A stretch of 32,000 bases of DNA from an uncultured archaeon (lineage in GTDB: Archaea; Asgardarchaeota; Thorarchaeia; Thorarchaeales; Thorarchaeaceae), in assembly GCA_964648855.1 (NCBI GenBank), contig CAZYLT010000007.1, positions 88,440 through 120,439 of the forward strand, in the 5' to 3' direction. Numbering within the stretch: the stretch's first letter is position 1; each line of letters begins with the position of its first letter. Shown piece by piece: positions 8,688 through 16,566 of this stretch. The notes under the pieces were generated by a model. The model ran no database searches. It was given only the letters and a program-made list of their open reading frames with translations, and had not been told where the DNA came from. Made by a program: the position numbers and the translations under genes.

Positions 8688-9239
8688 TTGAAACTGGTTG
8701 AGCTTGCTCGCAAATCAATAGATTTGCTGAAGGAAAAAGGAGAGGACGGGATTAGAAGCGATATTCTGGCAGACGAGTTGGGTGTGGCAAAGAGGAGAGT
8801 CTACGACGTTATAGCAATCCTTACAGCTATGGAACGTGTAGATACCGATCGTCGCTACAATGGAACGACCGTCAGGTGGATCGACAAGTCCAAGAATTTT
8901 GTGAAGAAATCCGATTATGACTCCATTAAAGCTGAGTTAGAACGAGAACGGGAATCTCGCAAGAAAATTCAAGTTGAGCTTGCTAAAGCGAAAGAAACCC
9001 TCCGACGGACAAAATCTCGGCTACGAATGGATACAAAACCAGTCACTGCCAAGGGCAAAACTGAATTTGATACGTGCCAACTTAGAATTCGGTCTCTCTC
9101 TGGCAGAGGATTCAAGAAAGTTGCTGATTCCGGAGTTGAAGCTGTGATAGAGACCTATGAATCTGGTATGATTGTTGACCCATCCGAAGTTGAAACGAAT
9201 AGAAACGAGGCAATCCTGCGAAACATTCAGAAATTATGA
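8688..9239 (+). CDS. E2F/DP-like winged-helix transcription factor with coiled coil
   Basis: LVELARKSIDLL...DG...ILADELGVAKRRVYDVIAILTAM...VRWID reproduces the E2F/DP DNA-binding-domain pattern, including RRxYD (8793-8807). A heptad coiled coil and a beta-rich C-terminal domain follow. Confidence 0.8.
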   Translation: MKLVELARKSIDLLKEKGEDGIRSDILADELGVAKRRVYDVIAILTAMERVDTDRRYNGTTVRWIDKSKNFVKKSDYDSIKAELERERESRKKIQVELAKAKETLRRTKSRLRMDTKPVTAKGKTEFDTCQLRIRSLSGRGFKKVADSGVEAVIETYESGMIVDPSEVETNRNEAILRNIQKL

Positions 9240-9255
9240 GTTTACCATAATTCGG

Positions 9256-9651
9256 TCAATTCTCAGCAGCCCTCAATGTGGCCGAGCTCCCTCGGCGAAC
9301 TTCTCTCAGTTCTTGAATTCCTTGTTCATCAGCAACGATGGTACCAATGATATTTACCGGACTGAAAGTCTTCATATCGTCCAAGTAAATGCAAATCGAA
9401 TCCCCGAGTGGCATATACGCAATATCCCCTTTTTGGACATCTTTGGTTGGTTTTGCATTGCCTCGATTGATTCCTAGGGTTATTTTCATCTCTCCCCTCA
9501 TGAGGACTGCTTTTCCTTCAAAAGGCAACATCGACTTAATATCTTCCACAATCAGCGGAGCTTGGACCCGGTCCAAGATTGCTTTTAGCACTAGGCCATT
9601 CTCAAATGAAATTTCGATTAAAACGTCACTCTCACTCATATTGGGTTCCAC
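9256..9651 (-). CDS. Cyclophilin-like fold protein (DUF369/TM1367-like)
   Basis: APLIVEDIKSMLPFEG...VQKGDIAYMPLGDSICIYL...SPVNIIG. An alternative start is ATG 9639. Confidence 0.8.
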   Translation of the reverse strand: MEPNMSESDVLIEISFENGLVLKAILDRVQAPLIVEDIKSMLPFEGKAVLMRGEMKITLGINRGNAKPTKDVQKGDIAYMPLGDSICIYLDDMKTFSPVNIIGTIVADEQGIQELREVRRGSSATLRAAEN

Positions 9652-9769
9652 TACTATCTATCTCATTCGGTTACTCCTAAAATCTTCTTTGGAAGTTACT
9701 TACGCCAAATGCTTAATTGTGGGGACCTAACCTACACGTTCGGAGCGGATTGAATTAAGCGGAGTAAAA

Positions 9770-10891
9770 TTGGAAGTTGCCTTTGTAGTCGATACAACCG
9801 GGTCAATGAAGGACGATATTAATGCCGTTCGCGATTCACTGTTTGATATCGTTGATTCAATCACTTCGCAGACTGAAGACCTGACAATAAGATTTGCAAT
9901 CGTATCATATAGGGATCACCCACCCCAAGACAAGACCTATGTGACTCGTATCTTTGACTTTACTGAAGATATCAAAAAGGTACACAGAGCCATCTCACAA
10001 CTTGACCCCTCGAAAGGTGGTGATACGCCTGAGGCAGTTGCAGATGCAATCCACGATGCCAGTATCGAATTATCTTGGTCACGCGATGCCTACAAAGCGC
10101 TTCTACTGGTGGGGGATGCACCACCTCATGGACGTGATTACAATTCTCTAGGGGATGATTACTTCCCCAAGGGATGCCCGAATGGTTATGACCCCAAAGA
10201 AGAGATGGTGGCTTTCAAGAAATCTCATAGAGAAATGGCGTTTGTTTTTGTCTGTGGATGTAATCCGCTTGTAGAATCCTCATTCAAGGATATTGCCTCA
10301 TCGGTCAAAGATGGTAAATACTACTCGTTGAGTCAGGCAGACGAGTTACCGGCAGCCATCTTGGAAATACTCAAAGGATTGGGCGACCTGATTGAGATTG
10401 ATCGCCGAGTCATGGCATACTACCAAGAAAGAGATGGCGTCTTTGACATAGGCACTGCAGCAAAAGAGTTGGACTTATCTCTTCGAGACCTGAAGATTTC
10501 GGTTTCAAGGTTAATGGAGCTACAGCTAATTTCTCGTTGGCCCAAAGGCAGACCATTGAATACTGACCTCTTGGGTGTGAAGGTGGAATTGGGTGATGTT
10601 CCTAATGCGCTTGTAGCGGGCAAGGGTTTCAGGTATTCTATGAAATTCGGTAATCCAAGTGTATCCACTGTTTCCGTAAGGACTGTAGCAACACTCGTGA
10701 CTGAAGATGGAGTCAGTGAAATGGCAAACGAGCAACATGAGATTGCTCCGCGCTCTAAACGGGAAATAAAAGTAGATCTAGTTCCAATGGTTCACAAGGC
10801 TGGCAAGGCAAACGTAAGGATTGAAGTGCTCTATGGGGCAGAAGTGATATCTAGCAGAATCTACAAAACCAGGATTTTTGAACACCCGTAG
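9770..10891 (+). CDS. vWA domain protein with intact MIDAS, followed by a wHTH and an Ig-like domain
   Basis: VAFVVDTTGSM, YRDHPPQD, GGDTPEAV, LVGDAPPHG (vWA); FDIGTAAKELDLSLRDLKISVSRLMELQLI (wHTH); beta-rich C-terminus VPNALVAGKGFRYSMKFGN. Confidence 0.85.
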   Translation: MEVAFVVDTTGSMKDDINAVRDSLFDIVDSITSQTEDLTIRFAIVSYRDHPPQDKTYVTRIFDFTEDIKKVHRAISQLDPSKGGDTPEAVADAIHDASIELSWSRDAYKALLLVGDAPPHGRDYNSLGDDYFPKGCPNGYDPKEEMVAFKKSHREMAFVFVCGCNPLVESSFKDIASSVKDGKYYSLSQADELPAAILEILKGLGDLIEIDRRVMAYYQERDGVFDIGTAAKELDLSLRDLKISVSRLMELQLISRWPKGRPLNTDLLGVKVELGDVPNALVAGKGFRYSMKFGNPSVSTVSVRTVATLVTEDGVSEMANEQHEIAPRSKREIKVDLVPMVHKAGKANVRIEVLYGAEVISSRIYKTRIFEHP

Positions 10892-10908
10892 AATAAGGCC
10901 AACCATTT

Positions 10909-13542
10909 TCAACTACGTTTCTGCAATAGCTTATCGACCGTATTTAGAATATACTTATCGATTTTAAGGAGCGAAAATCTCTCTATCGTATGAAATGATA
11001 TGTTGAGATTATCATCTGATGCTCCGATAGTTGACTCATTGTAGCTCGGCAGAACTACATCTATTTGGTAGTCATCTCTCGTCGAAATCGCGTCCAAGAA
11101 TGGGATTGATTCATCTGTATACTGGTTCCATTCGCTTGTGAAGACTATCACTAGTGTTGGCCTATCAGAACCAAAATCCTCTAGGATTTCTGCGATTGCA
11201 CGATGCACCATTTCAGGTCTGGACACTCCAATCATTTCTTGAGCGGCATCAATGACACTATAGAATAGCGAATCCCTGACTTCCTTCGTAGAAAATTCGG
11301 TTCTAAATCCGATTGAGGTATCTAGATTATGTCCTTTCTGGATGCTGAATCTGCGAATTTTCTCGTCATAAGTTAGGAACGAAAATCTTCCTTGCGTGGT
11401 GTTTTCAATCATTGAATTCAATAGAATTAGTATTGTCGCTATCGATACATCTGACATAGAGATTCGTTCCTGTATTCTCTCTTTTAGCTGCTCCAAATCG
11501 CTGAATTGATGTCCTCTTGCGCTGAAACGGGCTCGCAGCGCAGTGGGACTTTCCATTCTAATAGTCTCAAGCGCCATCCTCTCACTGGTTTCCAAGCAAA
11601 TGACGAGATTGAATTCTTCCATTAGGGATTTGGGAACAAATTTCATTTGTGCCTGCTCCAGATTACAAAGCTCGCCGGATTTCATTTCTGGTCTGGTGCC
11701 TTGTAATTCCAGATTGATACTTCTGTTTCCAATCATTATTCTATAATGGGTACCGTTTCCGATAAACATCCTGCCTATAATACTGTCAATTTCCGATCCA
11801 TGAAGATGGAAAAATGAAGGAAGAATTGGCGAGACCGATTTTGGATGAGCATCATACTTCATGATAACATCGGAGGGATGCTGCACCTGTCCCGAGTATT
11901 TCAACACATCTACCTTTGACTCATCTTCAAGACTTAGAATTTCTGCGAACTCTTTTGAGGTTGAGATATGCCGCCTTTCTAGATGCTTCTGAGGATTTGC
12001 TTCTGCTCCCCACCACCGCCGCGAGTCACATTCCAAAATAGTTGCGATTTCTCCTTCACTTAAGTTAAGCGCTGTCATATCTTCAGTATTCAAACAAACA
12101 TTCAAGCCCCCCTCTTCTCCAATTGCAATTGTGAAATGCAGTGATGATACCACATCTTCTTCTGGGTCAAGACGGAGTGAGTCAAGCAGCCTGTCTGTGA
12201 GAACCTGCAACTCATTTATGTCTGTGAGTTCCTCGCCGTTTTCAGCAAACGACGACCCAATCATTTGTAGAAATCCCTCTGCATTGCGAGAATCTATGTG
12301 TGGTGATATCTCATCGTTCCAACCATGAAGGTCCAAGCTTTCATCCCGACCAATCACCAATCCTAACCCTGTTGCTATGTTCTTTCCTGGTTTGGTGATC
12401 GACAAGAAAGCTTGGTTGCTCTGAACAACCCCTCCACCATCCTCAAGCAACATATCACATGAACAGAAATCTCTCATGTTTCTCCGCCTTATGACCCGGA
12501 AAATACTAGATAGCTCTCCAGAGGCAACCCTACCCAACTGCTGTCTTACTTGAGTTTTTACTTTTGTTTCGATGTAAGACAGAAAAGGGGGTCTTCCCGG
12601 AAGCAACCGGAGCATATTACCACCAAGAATCAATTGTAGGTCTCTAGGATGCAAATTCAGATTCTTACTGAGCAAGAAGCTGATTATTTCTGAGAGGCTA
12701 TCTCCCCGCTGTGTTTCCGGATATCCACTCCCAAATACTATTTTTCTAGCCCAGTCTTTTTGATGGTTCTTCTTCAGATGCGAAATAATTGATGACAGAT
12801 TCGATATCGACGCATTGGTGGTGACTAAGTAGGTATTCGGGATATCCAATAGACGGAGTAGATTTTCATCAAACCTTCTGAGCGCGTTTGGTATTAAGAG
12901 GATTCTTGGCCCTTTTAGGCCTCCTTCTTTCACTGATATTAGCCATTCAACTAATTGTACGATTTCCTCTTGGTGAGTAAGGCGTACAGCGATGGGTAAA
13001 TGCATCTGAATTGCATTTCTCAGTGTTCTTTTTGCTGTATTACTCAGACTATCCAAGAGGTGGACATCTGATATCCAACCCCACTCTTCGCCTGGTGGTA
13101 ATGCCAAGCCTAAATCACTCAGAGAATACAGTCGTGTACTCAGAGTAGAACTCCTTGCAAGTCTTCGGACTTCTCTTGCGTTTTCAACACTCTGCTTTGG
13201 GTCAAGCTTCCTCGATGTCACTCTTGATAGCGCTGTTCCAACAAACTGGTCTGCAAGCCAACTGTGTTGAATCCGACCCTGTGAGTCAGTATTGATGGTC
13301 TTGAAAATCTCTGGTTGCATTAAATACCTGTAAGATCGTCTTGGCAGATACGCAAATGAGTCGGGGTAACGTGCCGAATACTCGTAGATTCTATTTTCAA
13401 GCTGATTGTAGTAGTTGAGTAATCTATCAGGTCCAAATTCTTGCTTTAGTTTGCCTGACTGAACACATCCAAGGTTAACGTTGGCATCCACGATAAAGAA
13501 TCGAGTGATTTCTCCGTTGTCCCTGTTTTCAACAACAATCAT
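10909..13542 (-). CDS. Multidomain pseudoenzyme: degenerate amidohydrolase TIM barrel + linker domain + CDC48-N-like domain + degenerate vWA
   Basis: Colinear similarity to 13703..15205 and 15240..16565, with the metal ligands lost (DANVN for DAHHH; FGSGYP for FGTDY; ETSERM for DTSGSM). Confidence 0.75.
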   Translation of the reverse strand: MIVVENRDNGEITRFFIVDANVNLGCVQSGKLKQEFGPDRLLNYYNQLENRIYEYSARYPDSFAYLPRRSYRYLMQPEIFKTINTDSQGRIQHSWLADQFVGTALSRVTSRKLDPKQSVENAREVRRLARSSTLSTRLYSLSDLGLALPPGEEWGWISDVHLLDSLSNTAKRTLRNAIQMHLPIAVRLTHQEEIVQLVEWLISVKEGGLKGPRILLIPNALRRFDENLLRLLDIPNTYLVTTNASISNLSSIISHLKKNHQKDWARKIVFGSGYPETQRGDSLSEIISFLLSKNLNLHPRDLQLILGGNMLRLLPGRPPFLSYIETKVKTQVRQQLGRVASGELSSIFRVIRRRNMRDFCSCDMLLEDGGGVVQSNQAFLSITKPGKNIATGLGLVIGRDESLDLHGWNDEISPHIDSRNAEGFLQMIGSSFAENGEELTDINELQVLTDRLLDSLRLDPEEDVVSSLHFTIAIGEEGGLNVCLNTEDMTALNLSEGEIATILECDSRRWWGAEANPQKHLERRHISTSKEFAEILSLEDESKVDVLKYSGQVQHPSDVIMKYDAHPKSVSPILPSFFHLHGSEIDSIIGRMFIGNGTHYRIMIGNRSINLELQGTRPEMKSGELCNLEQAQMKFVPKSLMEEFNLVICLETSERMALETIRMESPTALRARFSARGHQFSDLEQLKERIQERISMSDVSIATILILLNSMIENTTQGRFSFLTYDEKIRRFSIQKGHNLDTSIGFRTEFSTKEVRDSLFYSVIDAAQEMIGVSRPEMVHRAIAEILEDFGSDRPTLVIVFTSEWNQYTDESIPFLDAISTRDDYQIDVVLPSYNESTIGASDDNLNISFHTIERFSLLKIDKYILNTVDKLLQKRS

Positions 13543-13702
13543 CCTAATCTCAGTCTCTCCATCAAACCCATCGATGTGCTTACGTATCTCTAATGCCTAA
13601 TTTAGGTTATTTATCTTGAATGGAGTCATCTAATATACCACTGCTGGCAATGATTTATCTCATCTCTTACCCACGCCAATCTACGAAGGGAAGAAATCTA
13701 GA

Positions 13703-15205
13703 ATGCTGAAAGTACGCGCCCTGGACGATGCTCCTGGTAAAGGGGTCAGAAAGAATGATGAGTATCACTTCTATATCGTTGATGCACACCATCACATGGG
13801 CAAAGAAGGCAGCCATCGCAACAGTCCTACCAGTGCGTACGAATTCTATATCCTTCTCTGGTTTGAAATGAAGAAGCTTGCCAAAGAGATGAAGGAGAAT
13901 GGTGAGCTTCTTTTTGAGCCCATTGAAGTAACTCCACCTCCTCTTCAAAAGTCTGTCTTCGGACTAAGAAAAGACTGGCGTAGATGGAATCATGGCTGGT
14001 TGATTGATCGAACAATTGTTTTTCCGTACACCGATGATTATTCTGGCAGAACTGAAGATGGGATTGCGTCCTTTAAAATATCAAATAACAAGATTGCCGG
14101 TTGGACGATGAGGGCTCCTCATTCGTCGAGATTAATTGGATTCTGCCGTGTTGACCCAAATGATGCTTTGGTGATTGACTCCGAAACGCCTGTCAAGGAA
14201 ATCCGACGATCAGCAACTGATCTAGGTCTGAGAGGTCTGAAGCTTCATCCCCTTGCCCAATTATTCACTGATAATATTGAAAGCGACCGAATGCAAGACA
14301 TTATTCAAGAAGCCCACAAATTGGGCATGCCTATAATATTCGATTCCCGGAACATAAGCACAGCAATCAGAATACAGAATCTAATAGAAAACATTAGAGA
14401 CGTGATCAATAATCCCGCATTCTCTCCACCTATTGTTTTGGCTCATGCTGCCATGAGCCCTGGCAGGTTAGAACTCTATGATATTCTGCGTGACCCATCT
14501 TTCTTTGTAGACACCTCCTCTCTTCATGGTCGCGACATACCGCTACTCTTTGAAAGTGCCGAATGCCAATTGGCAGCAGCGAATAGCACTTGGTCTGAAA
14601 AAATCCTGTTCGGAACTGACTATTCCTTCTTGTCAATACAAGCGACTGAGCTTATTCTGCACTTATTGTCACGCAGGTTTCCAGGGAATCCTCGGGATAT
14701 TCAGAACATCTTGGGTGGTAATGCCTTGAGGGTTATCAATAGACCCGTATTGACCTATCGCAAGACGGATCTAGCCTCACAACAAATCATCTGCAAAGAT
14801 GAAGAACAGAACAGCACAAGTATTGCAGTATCAACAATAATGCATCTTTTTGAACAGGGATGGGACTTAACATCCGCGGACTATTTGCCAACATCTGGTA
14901 ACTCGTGGCCGGTTTCTATGTCATCGCCGAGAAGGATGTTTTCTGGAATTGATTTTGGGAAGCAAGTATTGTCTCTTAGGCATGAAGAAACGGATAGAGA
15001 ACTGGTTTTTTGGATTACCCGTCATCAAAATGATAACATATCACTGAATATCCATGGATCGGGACCTTTCCCTTCTCTAATGACGCTAGCTGAAGCCTCA
15101 AGCTCGTCTAATGATCCACTTCTTCGTGGCTTTTATGATAATAGCCAATCCGTCAAAAATGTCAATGTCATGTTATCAAAACTTGATGATATCTTAGAAT
15201 CATAG
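13703..15205 (+). CDS. Amidohydrolase_2-family metal-dependent hydrolase with an extra C-terminal domain
   Basis: IVDAHHHMG, RLIGFCRVDP, GLRGLKLHP, VLAHA, VDTS, KILFGTDY, ILGGNA. Confidence 0.88.
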   Translation: MLKVRALDDAPGKGVRKNDEYHFYIVDAHHHMGKEGSHRNSPTSAYEFYILLWFEMKKLAKEMKENGELLFEPIEVTPPPLQKSVFGLRKDWRRWNHGWLIDRTIVFPYTDDYSGRTEDGIASFKISNNKIAGWTMRAPHSSRLIGFCRVDPNDALVIDSETPVKEIRRSATDLGLRGLKLHPLAQLFTDNIESDRMQDIIQEAHKLGMPIIFDSRNISTAIRIQNLIENIRDVINNPAFSPPIVLAHAAMSPGRLELYDILRDPSFFVDTSSLHGRDIPLLFESAECQLAAANSTWSEKILFGTDYSFLSIQATELILHLLSRRFPGNPRDIQNILGGNALRVINRPVLTYRKTDLASQQIICKDEEQNSTSIAVSTIMHLFEQGWDLTSADYLPTSGNSWPVSMSSPRRMFSGIDFGKQVLSLRHEETDRELVFWITRHQNDNISLNIHGSGPFPSLMTLAEASSSSNDPLLRGFYDNSQSVKNVNVMLSKLDDILES

Positions 15206-15239
15206 GAAGACCGTACTATGCTTTATATCCATCATCTCT

Positions 15240-16565
15240 ATGAAACTACCTAGAATCCAAACGGAGGAACCAACAATCCCAAACAGTAAGAACCTGGAAA
15301 TAGTTGATGGCGGCGATTTGAGAGGTTTTGCCCTGCTGAATCCACTAACGGCAAAGGACTTGGGCGCAGATTTGGGCTCGATAGTTGTTTTCCAAGAGGA
15401 ACAGAGCGGATTTTGGGGTGCTGCAGAGATTCGCAAGAGTGAAGATGTAAACAAAGGCGAGATTCACGTTGATATGCTTGTCTTGGAAGCATCTCTCCTC
15501 ATGGGAGGTGATGTCGTCGAGGTAAGACTCTACGATGAAGATATGATTGCTCTAGAATATGTCGAATTTGGCTTGAAGCCCCTAACTGAAGAGGCCAATA
15601 CTGATGATTTGGTAACTCGAGCTGCCGAGAATGTTGATTCTCTTGAGTCTATTATTGGAGGAAGGCTTGTATATCCCGGTATGTCATTCAACTGGCCCGA
15701 ATTGAAGGTCAAAGTTGAGATTCTCAATACTCGGCCATCACTGAAGGGACAAAGTTTTGCAAAGCTGGCATTTGAGGCTCTGAAGGAAAAAACAGGGTAT
15801 CAATTCAAAACGGTGGGGATTGCCACACCTTTCAATGCTATACTCTGTGTCGACACCAGCGGCTCTATGAAAACAACAGACGTTCCGGTTCGAGATATAG
15901 CTCATGCCCGAGAAGGTCTGAAGGATTTGGCCGGTGATAATCCAGAAGTGCGAACATTTCTGGATCGATTCGAGGAAGGAAAGAATGTAAGTAGAGCAGA
16001 AGCTGCAGCAATGGCTGTTCTTCTATATTTGGCTGAGAAAGTAGGTCGTGGCTATGGCGAAAAAGTTGGAGTGATTACATTTGAGAAGGTTGTTTCAGAA
16101 ATGACATTTTTGAATTCGGAGACCGGAGACGTTCAACCATTTGTTGAATGTACTGGCAAGGACAAATCTCTTGGTCTTCAAATAATCAGTACCCACGTTG
16201 TTGACAAAGTAGAGGAGGGTGGAACCTTGACTGATATTGGCAACGCTCTTGCAAAAGCTGCGGATATCTTGGAAGCGTTCGGTGGAAAGCGGAAACCCAC
16301 AATGATAATTTTGCTTACTGATGGCATGACCACATCAGGACCGCCACCCCTTAAGATCCTAAAGGACCGTTTTCCGGATAGAAACAGAATTGTCATCTAT
16401 TGCATTGGGTTGGGTGGACGAAGTGAAATAGATGAAGAGCTAATGCTCGCTATTTCTCAATATGGCAGTGGAACTTATCGGCACGTCGATAACATGAGAG
16501 ACCTTCTGGAATGGTATGGCAGACTTGCAAGTGAATTTGCTGTTGTTATCCGTGAAACTGATTAG
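15240..16565 (+). CDS. CDC48/p97 N-domain-like (double-psi barrel + beta-clam) fused to a vWA domain; no ATPase
   Basis: RGFALLNPLTAKDLGADLGSIV...GEIHVD....ASLLMGGDVVEV and GRLVYPG...VEILNTRP resemble the CDC48 N-domain. The vWA MIDAS is intact (CVDTSGSM, GGTLTDIGNAL, ILLTDG, IYCIGLG). Confidence 0.8.
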   Translation: MKLPRIQTEEPTIPNSKNLEIVDGGDLRGFALLNPLTAKDLGADLGSIVVFQEEQSGFWGAAEIRKSEDVNKGEIHVDMLVLEASLLMGGDVVEVRLYDEDMIALEYVEFGLKPLTEEANTDDLVTRAAENVDSLESIIGGRLVYPGMSFNWPELKVKVEILNTRPSLKGQSFAKLAFEALKEKTGYQFKTVGIATPFNAILCVDTSGSMKTTDVPVRDIAHAREGLKDLAGDNPEVRTFLDRFEEGKNVSRAEAAAMAVLLYLAEKVGRGYGEKVGVITFEKVVSEMTFLNSETGDVQPFVECTGKDKSLGLQIISTHVVDKVEEGGTLTDIGNALAKAADILEAFGGKRKPTMIILLTDGMTTSGPPPLKILKDRFPDRNRIVIYCIGLGGRSEIDEELMLAISQYGSGTYRHVDNMRDLLEWYGRLASEFAVVIRETD

Positions 16566-16566
16566 A

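Noticed and set aside
10909-13542. Reading the 877-aa gene as a pseudogene or a recent inverted duplication
   Set aside because: The frame is uninterrupted over 2.6 kb and I see no nucleotide-level inverted identity with 13703-16565. The similarity is only at the protein-motif level.
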